This document shows, in pieces, positions 49,504-61,980 of a DNA stretch of 64,000 nucleotides. This DNA is from Octopus bimaculoides (Eukaryota), in contig NC_068984.1 in the NCBI RefSeq assembly GCF_001194135.2, positions 56,002,237 to 56,066,236 on the forward strand, read 5' to 3'. Every line of letters starts with the position of its first letter. The stretch's first letter is position 1. Position numbers and translations under genes: made by a program. The notes beneath the pieces are model-generated. The model did no database searches. It saw only the letters and a program-made list of their open reading frames with translations, and was not told the DNA's origin.

Positions 49504-49504
49504 T

Positions 49505-49605
49505 GTTATCAATCAGTTTCATTTCTGTATTTCTTGTCAATAGAGAAAGAGCCGGACTCTAACATAGATCCAAGGCTCCTTCATTGGAACTTTTATCAAC
49601 ATCAT
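49505..49605 (-). repeat. Family G copy
   Basis: Reverse-complement match to 52397-52505, flanked by (TATG)n. Confidence 0.7.
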
Positions 49606-50461
49606 GTAGGTATTTGTGCATGTGTGTATGTGTGCAGTATTTGGTGTTAGTGTATGCGCAGATTTGTATGTTTGTTTTATGGATGCGTTTTTATGTATAT
49701 ATTTTCATGTCATGGCATATGCATATGTATTTATGCGCAGATTTATGTATGCATGTATGTATGTATGTATGCATGTATGCATGTATGCATGTATGTATGT
49801 ATGTATGTANNNNNNNNNNNNNNNNNNNNNNNNNNNNNNNNNNNNNNNNNNNNNNNNNNNNNNNNNNNNNNNNNNNNNNNNNNNNNNNNNNNNNNNNNNN
49901 NNNNNNNNNNNNNNNNNNCAGTATCTGTGGATGTGTATGACTATCAAGAGTTGGGCTCATTAGTCACCAGCAAATCCACAAGTGTAAAGTAAAATTCTGT
50001 CTGAGTGTACAGTGCTTTTATTAGCCAGTGATGGTCTTCCTCAGTCACAAGTAGATAACTATCATCATGTATGCATATATATGTAAGTGTGTGTGTGTGT
50101 GTGTGCATGTATGCAGGTATCATCATCATCATTTTACTTGTGGTTTCTATGTGGCATGAGTTGAACAGGTTAACAGTCCAAGTCTTTGCTCATTAAAAAT
50201 TACTGCTCTAAGTGACTGGTACTTGCCCATGTCATTTTTAGTATGTCTATATAGTGTGTGTATTATGTGTTATGTGTGTATGTATATGTGTTTGTGTGTA
50301 TATGTGAATGTATGTCAAAAAGTATGTGAGCGTAGTATTACTATATGATTTCGGAAAATAATTTAATAGTCAAAGTGATCAGTAGTTTTTGAAACATTAT
50401 CACACACAAAAAAGTTAATTATATATTTCAATCATATTTTGCTTCTTTTTTTTTTTCTTAC

Positions 50462-50691
50462 CTTTTTCTCATTTGAGTTTCAACTCTTTTAGTTGTATGG
50501 ATTGCCTTCTCTCTCTACATCAAAGATTTCAAAGAGAATGTAGTATGGGGAAGAGATCCTTTATTCAAATACCACTAGACAAGATTGAATTCTTTTTCTC
50601 CCCCATTTTCAAGACAGCAGAATTACTTCATTCTTTTATTTATTCCCTACCACTGCAACCACCCACCACTTTAACCGACTCTCCAGAAATA
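50462..50691 (-). other. Candidate 230-nt exon, all frames closed (5' UTR-like)
   Basis: CTGCTCTTTCTTCTCCAG|...GAGAAAAAG|GTAAGA. Confidence 0.4.
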
Positions 50692-51160
50692 CTGGAGAAG
50701 AAAGAGCAGTCATATATATTTTTTTTTTTAGGTTTTAAAGTGCCTTCTTTATTTTTATTTGTTTATATTTTTGATTTAATAACTTTGTTTTTGTTTTTTT
50801 TTTGTTTGTTTGATTCTTTGTTTCTTTTTTGTTTTGTTGTCTTTTTTGTCTTTTTCAAAATTTTATTTCAATGTTTTTTTCCTTCAGTGTAATTAGTTGC
50901 TTTTTGATGATGCTTTATATTTTAAGAGCTTTTTTTTATATATATTTTTTTTTCCTGAAAAGTGACAAAAACTGTCAAAATTAGAGATTACATGATATTA
51001 CCGAAACCATTTTGAATTCAAATCTTATCTTTTGTTTTTTGTTTTTATTTTCCAAACTACTTTTCACTACTATTTCAACAGAAAATAAAAATAGTAAAGG
51101 AAATCTCTGTACAGCATACATGTATTCTAACAGACACTCACACACACACACTCATATATG

Positions 51161-51203
<43 letters not shown>

Positions 51204-52396
51204 GTGGAGGTGTACACAAATACTAATTTACATAGTTTTCACACACATACAAACAAGTTGCACACAACTTGGTTTACAATCTCTCACATGTATACAACCA
51301 AATATATATACACAGATTCATACATACAGACAGGCATATATATATGTATATATATGTGTGTGTGTGTGTGAGTATTTATTCACATCTGTCATGTTATATA
51401 TATAAATATTACCGGCACACACAAATGCACAGATATACACTCACACAATGACGCATACACATCTACATGCATTCATACTACATACATGTATGTGCAGATG
51501 CATGATATTTGCAACATGCACATTTATACACATACCTCTCAGTGCATGCGTATGCAGATACATGCACATAAAACACATGATCTAGAACCACACTGCTTTT
51601 TGCTTGCTTCTATCAGTTATTAACCTGTTGTGTAGTAGTAAGCATCAATATCAAGCAGTGTGCAGACATTTGCTTTAGTGTGTTATGCTTCAGCAATCAT
51701 CAACTATTATGTATCACCAACACGAAACATCAGAAACTATAGACACACACACACACACATTTATAGGTACATACACATACACAAATAAAAATTAAAGGAA
51801 TAAAGAAAACAAATGCTTTTGATATTAACCCCTTCCCGACAACCACCACCAACCACAAAACTACTCACAACTACAGCCTCTTCCACCACCATCATCACAT
51901 CTTAATAACTCTAGGTTTGGTGTAGCATGTTTCTTGTCACCTCCATCATATGAATTCCCCCTACAGATTCTGATGTTTGGTGTGCATTAATTAATTTATT
52001 GTATGTATGTATGCACGTATGCATGCATGCATGTATGTATGTATGTATGTATTTATGTATGTATGTATGTATGTATGCTTGTATGTATGTATGTATGTAG
52101 TTTCCCGCTTTGTAAATTTTTTTAGCTTTGGTTCTATACACACACACACATATATAATTAAAACTTTAAAAATCTACAAAGAGGAAAATTACATACATAC
52201 ATACATACATGCATGCATGCATGCATGCATACATACACACATACATACATACATACATACATACATACATGCATACATCATTTGAGTACATCTGCGCATG
52301 TCTAGACATGTAACTAGATGCATGAGAATACATTCATAAAACAAAACATAGAAATTTGCACATGCACTGACTCCACATACAGCACATATACACACA

Positions 52397-52505
52397 TCCC
52401 TTGATGATGTTGATGTTCCAGTGAAGGAGCCTTGGACCTAGGTTAGAAACTGGCTCTTTCTCTGTTGGCAAGAAATCTTGAAATAAAACTGAATAACAAC
52501 ATACA
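52397..52505 (+). repeat. Family G copy
   Basis: Matches 43815-43920. Confidence 0.8.
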
Positions 52506-52859
52506 CATATCTAGAGTTGTTTCTCCTGATACTAGGAATTATCAGTCACCAAATTTGTCACTCTGCCATTCTCTTATAATATGATTTCATATTTCTACCA
52601 TGCTCTTGTATGATTACTTCACATGCTTCATCCTATATCAATCTTGTATACCCTGCAATTTTGACAATGATGACAATGATGGTGTTGGTGGTGAAGGGAA
52701 AACTATGGATTATCGTATGAAATACTGTGCGCAGAAAATGCAGGTGTGCATGCTTAATGCATGTGTGTGAAAGTACATTTTATAGCTTTTTTTGGCAAAC
52801 AATAGAGGCTTGGACTTCATGAGAAATGTTGAAGTCAAATCAGCTTCTGTAGATCATAG

Positions 52860-53120
52860 ACAAACAAGTCTGATTTGGCAGAGTTTCTACAGCTGGATGC
52901 CCTTCCTAACACCAACCACTCCAAGAGTGTAGTGGATGCTTTTACGTGTCACCGGCACGAAGGCCAGTCAGGTGGTACTGGCAACGGCCACGCTCAAAAT
53001 GGTGTATTTTACGTGCCACCTGCACAGGAGCCAGTCCAGCGGCACTGGCACGATCTCGCTCGAATGTCTTTACACGTACTACCAGCACAAGTGCCAGGAA
53101 GGCGACGCTGGGCACATGTT
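52860..53120 (-). mobile_element. Family C copy lacking tail
   Basis: TCTGATTTGGCAGAGTTTCTACAGCTGGATGCCC plus hairpin modules. Confidence 0.85.
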
Positions 53121-53414
53121 TTCATTAATTAATTTTGAGGCCTCTGTACTTTTGAGCAGACACAAACACTTTCCTCTCAACTCTCCAACCCAGCAGCACA
53201 TACAGAATGTGAATGCTGGAGAGACAGAGTAGCACTGACACTTAGCTGGTACTTATACTTTGAGCTAAGGAGCCTAGAATAATGTGAAATTAAGTATTTT
53301 GCTCAAGGACACAACACATCTCTTGACCAACAAACTAAACCCATGGCATTATGGTCATGGACCAAACATTCTAACTACTTGGCTATGTGCTTCACACACA
53401 CATACACATGCAAG

Positions 53415-53448
<34 letters not shown>

Positions 53449-53455
53449 TGCAAGT

Positions 53456-53492
<37 letters not shown>

Positions 53493-53574
53493 TAGATGAT
53501 TATTGATTAGGGTTTCACAGTGGCGTGAATAGTAATTAAACATAAGGAAGTTCTCAATACAGTTACTCTTTTAC

Positions 53575-53700
53575 TATTTTTCTCTTTTACTTATTTCAGT
53601 CATTTGACTGCGGCCATGCTGGAGCACCGCCTTTAGTTGAGAAACTCGACTCCAGGACTTATTCTTTGTTAGCCTAGTACTTATTCTATCGGGCTCTTTT
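53575..53700 (-). mobile_element. SINE family A 3' end
   Basis: TTCAGTCATTTGACTGCGGCCATGCTGGAGCACCGCC. Confidence 0.8.
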
Positions 53701-53903
53701 TGCCGCAAAATGGCATAACATCATTTATTCAATGTTAACTATGAATGTATCACGACTCAGAGTTTCTTCTTTCTGGTCCTCTGATATATGTATGTGCATG
53801 TGTGTTTAAGTGTGTGTGTGTGTGTGCGTTATTGGTTGATTCAGTTATATAGTGTACAGGTGTGGAAACAAATGGGTGAATGTATAACGAATGCATAACA
53901 AGT

Positions 53904-54352
53904 AGGCATGGCCACGTGGTAAAAAGTTTGCTTCCAAACCACACAGTTCCAGGTTCAGTCCCACTGCATGACACCTTAGGCAAGTGTCTCCCACTATAAC
54001 CTCAGGCTGACCAAAGCCTTATAAGTGGATTATGTGGAGAGAAACTGAAAGAAGCCTGTCATATATGTGTGTGCATATATGTCTGTGTGTTTACATCTTT
54101 GTGTATGTGTATGCGTGTGTGTGTCTGTGTCTTTGTGTATGTCTGTCCCCCACCACTGCTTGAAAACTGGTGTTGGGGTGTCTATGTCACGTAACTTAGA
54201 GTTTCGGTAAAAGAGACCAATAGAATAAGTACCAGGCTTTATAAAAAATAATAAGTAATGGAGTCGATAAGTTTGACTAAAATTCTTTAAGGGGGTGCCC
54301 CAGCATGGCCGCAGTCTATTGACTGAAACAAGTATAAGATAAAAGATAAAAG
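53904..54352 (+). mobile_element. SINE family A, full length
   Basis: Head to GATAAAAGATAAAAG tail. Confidence 0.85.
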
Positions 54353-54589
54353 TAAATGAATTAAAATCTGCTAACATAAGAAGCCTTGTTGCTTATTCTA
54401 AATTTAAGTTTCAATCTCTAATTAAAACTCATCTTTGAATGAAGTGGTGTGTTATTATTGACACGTAAGAATCTTAACTATAGGACACACATACACATTT
54501 CTGCTGGTCTGTGAAAGTGAAATTTTCATGTTGCATGAAAAACACCAACACAATCTGTCTGTCTCTATACATGTTTACATTATGTATGT

Positions 54590-55010
54590 GTGGATATATG
54601 TCATAAAAGGCAGTCTTATAGCTCTGGAGATCGGTATTGATATCTGGGAGACATAGGCTGAAAGCCATACATCATGGAGAGAGAGACTATCGAGTATAGA
54701 TGTGGTGTCTTTGAGCAAATGCAAGTGAGCATACTCCTTTGAAGCATTCACTCCAATAAGCAAGACCCAAGTGCAGTGCCTGCAGAAATCCAGTTGGAAC
54801 TGAAGTGTGTTGTCTGTGAACAATTTCTTTTCTCAAGAGCTGGATTTATAAACCACCTAAATTTACATATGCCAGGGAGAAATCAATCTGTTTGTAAAAT
54901 GGTTTTACCCCTATGTATCCTGTGGTACATTTGTAGTAAGTTTGGCTTAATTTGCAAGTAAGCTAGTGGTCTGACCAGATATGGTAAAACACATGAAGAC
55001 GCAGCCCAGC
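54590..55010 (+). mobile_element. RTE-type LINE ORF2 C-terminal relic with C2H2 finger(s)
   Basis: KGSLIALEIGIDIWET*AESHTSWR followed by CVVC-x12-HLNLH and a broken second finger (YICSK..GLTRYGKTH). Confidence 0.65.
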
Positions 55011-55183
55011 TGGTGATGCCAGGAGACAAACAATTCAAGCATCACATCTGAGAATGTAATTATAGAACAGAAGCTGAGTTGAGAGCCACCTGTGTGCATA
55101 AGATCATGCAATGTTCAATGAAGAGATGACAGACACTGTTCTGACAAGAGATAGCAACCAACATGTATATGTATATGTATGTA

Positions 55184-55400
55184 TGAGGGGGTGCTGAAAA
55201 GTTCCTGGCTTTGGGTAAAAGAAAATACAGGAAGATCAGTTAATTATGATATTATTCAACATATTCCCCTCTCTGATTCACACACTTATTGCAGCAGTCC
55301 TTCAGTTTTTCTAAGCCCTGTAAAAGAACTCAGAAGGTAGGGCTTCCAACCAGGCCTGTAGCAATACCCTTAAAGCCAGAAAATTTTCAGCATCCTCCCA
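55184..55400. mobile_element. Mariner-type MITE, 217 bp
   Basis: TIRs TGAGGGGGTGCTGAAAAGTTCCTGGCTTT / AAAGCCAGAAAATTTTCAGCATCCTCCCA with TA TSD inside (TATG)n. Confidence 0.85.
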
Positions 55401-56289
55401 TATGTATGCATGTATGTATGTATGTATGTATGTATGCATGCATTATCAAAAAATATCAAAAATAACAGAGGACCTTCTTGAGCCTTAGGCTCATAAAAGT
55501 TGGTTTCCTAGATTCTCTGATTACTCAGCTGAGTGGACAAGAGCAACATACAATGAAATGTTTTACTCGAGAAAACAATAAATTGCCTGGTCCAAGAATC
55601 AAAACCATAATCTTACAATCATGAATGCAACACCCTAATCACTAAGCCATGCACCTCCATGTATGCATGTATAATTGGATATATTAGTATTCTTATGACA
55701 TGGCCATGTCATTTTCTATCAATTACTAAAAAGGTGGGGTTGAGGGAAATTTAGCTGCAACGTTTAGCAGGGCAAGTGACTGCTTAGAGATTCCTGCATT
55801 GTGTAGTAATGAAATCTATCATATCAAGGCAGAAAAATTTTTAGGTTTTTTTTTTATTATATTACTATATTTTTTTTTTACTCTTTGAAGTTTCAAATTG
55901 ATAAACCCAAATTTTTTCATAAGCAAAAATCAATAGTGAAAGAATTTGAAACTGAACATTTTTTTCAACAATTCAAATTTTAGGGTGTAGGCATTTTTTT
56001 ATTGTTGTTGTCTATTTATATATATATTTATCTAATTATTTATTTATTTCTGATTCACTCCTGCAACTTCCACTGCCATTTTGCTTTCTGAGAACATGTT
56101 TTATCAAGAGTGAATTTCAAAGAGGAGCAAAAAAAAAAAAAAGGAGAAATGGAATCAAAATTCCTTTCCCTTGTTATATGATTCTGCAGCTTATTTTCAG
56201 TACTTGTTATCTGTTATTATTTCCTTTCTATCACTGAACAGCAGCAAATGGTTGGACATAGGGTTTTAGTTGATAATATCAACCCCAGT

Positions 56290-56421
56290 AATTTGTTTAG
56301 TAATTTTTTTCATCAATCTCATAATACATGATATTCAATGTGGATAGCATTGGTCTAAAGAGAGATAGCATAAATACTGCAAAATATCTCTGTTCAAAAG
56401 AACAGTTTTTGCCCAACCCAA
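56290..56421 (-). mobile_element. Mariner-like terminal fragment
   Basis: End TA-TTGGGTTGGGCAAAA resembles mariner TIRs; partner end not found. Confidence 0.4.
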
Positions 56422-56719
56422 TATCACACACACACACATATATATACACATACAGAATTATTAGTGAGTGATTATCAATCCAGGCAAAATATTCTATAAG
56501 CTCTCTGTTAGTACACCAGGTTAACAATATTGTTTAGATTAGTAAAAAACTCCATACATTCTTCTGACAGGGTCCAAGGTTATAGTTCATTACCATTCTA
56601 TATTGTAAATACATGGTTTTGTTTCAGTTATACTGGTTTTTACACAGAGTGATATACAAGACAAGGTATAAATAATGGTCACGATAAAGAAATATGTAAT
56701 GATTGTTATTTATGCCTTG

Positions 56720-56781
<62 letters not shown>

Positions 56782-57059
56782 ATGGATGTATGTATATAAT
56801 ATGTATGTATGCACAAAGAGAGAGAGAGAGAGAGAGAGAAATAGAGTAGAGATAAAAGGAACAGATAAAAGAAGTATGGTGAGAGAGTAGATGTTTATTC
56901 TGTTTGCTTACAGCTGTTTCATAAACTTGTTAGCTATATAATCAATAATTACATCAATATCAACTCATAAAATATACAGACATATATAAACATGGCTTCT
57001 ACAGCTGGATGCCCTTCCTAATATCCAACCCATGTTTGTTTTTATTCTTTTGAGAGGAG

Positions 57060-57400
57060 GGGAATTTGATTACATTGACCCCAGTACTTGACTGGTATTT
57101 ATTTTACTGATCCCAAAAGGATGAAAGGCAAAGTCAACCTCAGCAGAATTTTAACTCAGAACGTAAGACATGAAATGCTACTAAGTATTTTGTTTGGCAT
57201 GCTAATTGACTCTGCTAGCTTACTACAATAATAGTTTCAAATTTTGGCACAAGGCCAGCAATCATTTATTGGGCAAGGCTTAGTCAATTACACTGACACC
57301 CTCCCCCCCACCGCCCAGTACTCAACTTTCACATAATTTATTGACCCCCAAAAGGATGAAAGATAAAGTCAACCATGGTCGAATTTGAACTCAGAACTTT
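57060..57400 (-). mobile_element. Two adjacent SINE family B copies
   Basis: AAGGATGAAAG..AAAGTCAACC..GAATTT..AACTCAGAAC occurs twice. Confidence 0.75.
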
Positions 57401-57404
57401 ATGA

Positions 57405-57700
57405 GTCGCAGGAGCGGCTGTGTGGTAAGTAGCTTGCTTACCAACCACATGGTTCTGGGTTCATTCCCACTGCGTGGCACCTTGAGCAAATGTCTTCTAC
57501 TATAGCCTTCGGCCGACCAAAGCCTTGTGAGTGGATTTGGTAGACAGAAACTGAAAGAAGCCCGTCGTATATATGTATATATATATATGTATGTGTGTAT
57601 ATGTTTGTGTGTCTGTGTTTGTCCCCCCAACATCACTTGACAACCGATGCTGGTGTGTTTATGTCCCCGTAACTTAGCGGTTCGGCAAAAGAGCCTGATA
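57405..57700 (+). mobile_element. SINE family A, young copy truncated by gap
   Basis: CpG-retaining head, core and body. Confidence 0.9.
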
Positions 57701-58380
57701 NNNNNNNNNNNNNNNNNNNNNNNNNNNNNNNNNNNNNNNNNNNNNNNNNNNNNNNNNNNNNNNNNNNNNNNNNNNNNNNNNNNNNNNNNNNNNNNNNNNN
57801 NNNNNNNNNNNNNNNNNNNNNNNNNNNNNNNNNNNNNNNNNNNNNNNNNNNNNNNNNNNNNNNNNNNNNNNNNNNNNNNNNNNNNNNNNNNNNNNNNNNN
57901 NNNNNNNNNNNNNNNNNNNNNNNNNNNNNNNNNNNNNNNNNNNNNNNNNNNNNNNNNNNNNNNNNNNNNNNNNNNNNNNNNNNNNNNNNNNNNNNNNNNN
58001 NNNNNNNNNNNNNNNNNNNNNNNNNNNNNNNNNNNNNNNNNNNNNNNNNNNNNNNNNNNNNNNNNNNNNNNNNNNNNNNNNNNNNNNNNNNNNNNNNNNN
58101 NNNNNNNNNNNNNNNNNNNNNNNNNNNNNNNNNNNNNNNNNNNNNNNNNNNNNNNNNNNNNNNNNNNNNNNNNNNNNNNNNNNNNNNNNNNNNNNNNNNN
58201 NNNNNNNNNNNNNNNNNNNNNNNNNNNNNNNNNNNNNNNNNNNNNNNNNNNNNNNNNNNNNNNNNNNNNNNNNNNNNNNNNNNNNNNNNNNNNNNNNTCA
58301 CATAACAATAGCCTGCAAAAGCCATTGTAAATATCAGCAGACATGAAAGAACAAGTTTCTGTTTATTGAAAAGGTATTGT

Positions 58381-58386
58381 AATAAC

Positions 58387-58460
<74 letters not shown>
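58381..58460. repeat. (TAA)n microsatellite
   Basis: Directly visible; explains poly-N/poly-L ORFs. Confidence 0.95.
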
Positions 58461-58464
<4 letters not shown>

Positions 58465-58982
58465 ACTAATAATGACTGTGGTGCTGGTGTTGATTATGGT
58501 GATGGTGATGACGATAATGATGAAGATGATTTCTTTACTTATTTATTAACTGCATTTTCGTAACGATTTCATCTTAGACACGTTTACCATTCAATCTATA
58601 AAACTGCAAATTAGTAATATTTACACAGTTGCTCTATGAAATTTACATTATTTAGATACATAATATTTTAATTGATATATTTCTAATGCAATAAAACTTT
58701 CACTGTTTGTTTTATTTTTCAATATTTGACATCTGAACATTTCTATTGGATGTTTGGAAAAAGGACAGAGATTCAAACTAAATGTTCTTTTAGTGTATGG
58801 CTCCATTGCTGTACACTTTGAGTTCCAGTCTCACACAGGATCGACCAGTTACTAATGATGATTATAAGGAATGATGGACCTGGTAATTAATGGTAATGAA
58901 GACACTGTTAGTGACAATGATGTTGGTGACTTTTTCCTAAGTATATAAAACTATACACATATATATGTATATATATATTGTT

Positions 58983-59334
58983 GTTAGCACTCCGTCGCTT
59001 ACGACGTCAAGGGTTCCAGTTGATCCGATCAACGGAACAGCCTGCTCGTGAAATTAACGTGCAAGTGGCTGAGCACTCCACAGACACGTATAGTTCTCGG
59101 GGATAGTCAGCGTGACACAGTGTGACAAGGCTGACCCTTTGAATTACAGGCACAACAGAAACAGAAAGTAAGAGTGAGAGAAAGTTGTGGTGAAAGAGTA
59201 CAGCAGAGTTCGCCACCATCCCCTGCCGGAGCCTCGTGGAGCTTTAGGTGTTTTCGCTCAATAAACACTCACAACGCCTGGTCTGGGAATCAAAACCGCG
59301 ATTCTATGACCGCGAGTTCGCTGCCCTAACCACT
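58983..59334 (-). mobile_element. SINE family D, young tRNA-headed copy
   Basis: AGTGGTTAGGGCAGCGAACTCGCGGTCATAGAATCGCGGTTTTGATTCCC head; CpG-rich. Confidence 0.85.
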
Positions 59335-59891
59335 NNNNNNNNNNNNNNNNNNNNNNNNNNNNNNNNNNNNNNNNNNNNNNNNNNNNNNNNNNNNNNNNNN
59401 NNNNNNNNNNNNNNNNNNNNNNNNNNNNNNNNNNNNNNNNNNNNNNNNNNNNNNNNNNNNNNNNNNNNNNNNNNNNNNNNNNNNNNNNNNNNNNNNNNNN
59501 NNNNNNNNNNNNNNNNNNNNNNNNNNNNNNNNNNNNNNNNNNNNNNNNNNNNNNNNNNNNNNNNNNNNNNNNNNNNNNNNNNNNNNNNNNNNNNNNNNNN
59601 NNNNNNNNNNNNNNNNNNNNNNNNNNNNNNNNNNNNNNNNNNNNNNNNNNNNNNNNNNNNNNNNNNNNNNNNNNNNNNNNNNNNNNNNNNNNNNNNNNNN
59701 NNNNNNNNNNNNNNNNNNNNNNNNNNNNNNNNNNNNNNNNNNNNNNNNNNNNNNNNNNNNNNNNNNNNNNNNNNNNNNNNNNNNNNNNNNNNNNNNNNNN
59801 NNNNNNNNNNNNNNNNNNNNNNNNNNNNNNNNNNNNNNNNNNNNNNNNNNNNNNNNNNNNNNNNNNNNNNNNNNNNNNNNNNNNNNNNNNN

Positions 59892-60120
59892 GCGCGTTCG
59901 GGTCCGCGCTGCTTTAGTAGTACCCTATATGGGAGAATGTACGAAAAAAAACAACAACAGACGAGGACAGGTGGTGTAAACAACAAAAGGATGTATTAGT
60001 TTGACGCTCGGGAATACAGAAAGTCTTTAAAGTTTCGAGCTACGCTCTTCAACAGAAAGAATACGGAGAAAACGAGGAGAAAGACACAGAGAAAATAAAT
60101 TAAATGGTGTTTGGTCAACG
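59892..60120 (-). mobile_element. Family H2 repeat with hammerhead-like core
   Basis: CTTT-CTGTTGA-A-GAGC-GTA-GCTC-GAAAC-TTT-AAAG at about 60025-60059; homologous to 17345-17535. Confidence 0.65.
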
Positions 60121-60123
60121 ATC

Positions 60124-60155
<32 letters not shown>

Positions 60156-60655
60156 TACATACTCACACACACATGCATATTTACAACAAAATAGGAAAGA
60201 CAGTGTTGAAAATATACAAAAAGAAAATTGTAAGAAAATAAGTTATAAAAAACCTTTATCCTTTAAATGCTAAAGAAAGTGCTGAACCACCTTGTTTATG
60301 TACACGGTCAATTTAGTCATCTTTATTTGTCCCTTACAAATTTGTGGCCATACAGCAAGTTGGCTGTATGGTTAAAACATTTGCTTTCCATCCACATGGT
60401 TTCATATTCAGTCCTATTGCACAGCACCTGGGGGTTATTTCTTCTATTATTGCCCTGGGCTAGCCAAAACCTTTAGAGTGGATGTGCTACCTTGATTTGG
60501 TAATGGGATCGAATAGAGAGTACATATAAGAAACTACACAGTTGAAACAGAATAGTGTATATCTTATCAAGAAGTTGCACTTTCATACTGCTGTCATCAA
60601 GAGAGCTCCCTGTTTACTGAGTTTAAGCCATTAAAAATTTTTTAATGAAACTTTA

Positions 60656-60918
60656 TCATATGTCAGAAGAAAGTAATTCAACAACGCGGGTTGATGAACC
60701 GTAAGACATGTGGCCAGAACCTTCTGGAAAATAACCATAGCGAGGGACATTCCACAGTTGAATCAGAACAGTCACAAACAGTGAAAAAAGACATGCACCC
60801 AACACCAGAGCTGAAGACACCTCCGAAAGGGGGTGGCCCCACCACGTCAAAACGGTAGAGGAGTAGGGGCCGAAACCAGACGTGGTTCCTCCTGATGATG
60901 TCTTGAGCTGACTGGATC
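60656..60918 (-). CDS. Candidate terminal exon with a hydrophobic (TM-like) segment
   Basis: CTCCTTTATAG|GA; frame SSQLK..WWGHPLSEVSSALVLGACLFSLFVTVLIQLWNVPRYGYF..SSDI*; local GC and CpG higher than flanks. Confidence 0.25.
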
Positions 60919-61873
60919 CTATAAAGGAGCTGTTGTGGTAGCAGACTACGAAACATGGTTGAAATTCCTCCAATGAAGAATTGCAAATAAACAAGGGACA
61001 TTACTCTTATATATTGTATGATAGTTGTCCCCTCCCCCCGTCCCAGTACTGTTATTAATGTCTATTAGTCTTTGGTCACATGATTTGAATCAACTAATAA
61101 GAATTAGTTTTATACATAATCCAATGACAGGAAGCCTTCTTTAGAACTTCATGTGTCTTGCAGCTTATATTGTTAGCATCTGAAGAGTCAGAGGTTTTAT
61201 GGCTAAGAAATATTTAAGTTATTTAAATTATAAAGTGTTAATAATCACATTATCATGTTCAGAAAGCATTTTCCTATACTGGCATCAGCTGGAAGGGATT
61301 TCATATTCCAAATCAATTTTTACTCAGAATTACTGCTTTCTTAGAAACATCAACGACCACATTTCACTCATGCATAGAATTTATGGTTTGTTTTCTATGT
61401 TTAGATGCTCTTTCTATTGCCAACCACTAGCAAAAATATTAAAACAAAAATATATGAATATAAATATCTAGTACAAATATTTAACCACCACAACACATGT
61501 TGAGTGCTATTTTCGTTCATTTATACACCAACTTATGTATGTATGTATGTATGTATGTATATTTATTTACATATATATATATATAGATAGATAATCATAT
61601 CAACAGGGTGGAGAGTGTCTGTGAGGTGTTGTGGAAGCCTTATAGGACCTAAACTTTTTGCTAGCGCAATCATGGGCAAGGTGCATTTCCATTGCCCTGT
61701 CAAGTAAGAGGCTGTCACAGCAAGCATGGAAACTGTTGGCATGTACCTGGTTGAAGCCAACCGTTGGTGCAATAACCTCATGCATGAACACGGCTGACAT
61801 TTTGCACGAGTAACAGTCAGTAATGATCTTCCTAAGTCATGAGTGGACAGCCACCATATACATATGTATATAT

Positions 61874-61980
61874 TGCACATGAACGAAAACATATACACTA
61901 ACAGGGACCATAATTGTCCAAAAAATGCCGATTGAGACAATTATGGTCCCTGTTAGTGTATATGATTTTATTCATGTGCA
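61874..61980. other. Short near-perfect hairpin
   Basis: 29-bp perfect stem 61890-61918 / 61936-61964, 17-nt loop, outer 10-bp stem TGCACATGAA/TTCATGTGCA. Confidence 0.85.

Noticed and set aside
60865-60960. GAAACCA-GACG-TGGTT followed by CTGATGA, a possible type II hammerhead
   Set aside because: Helix III is fine, but there is no room for stem I and no stem II complement.
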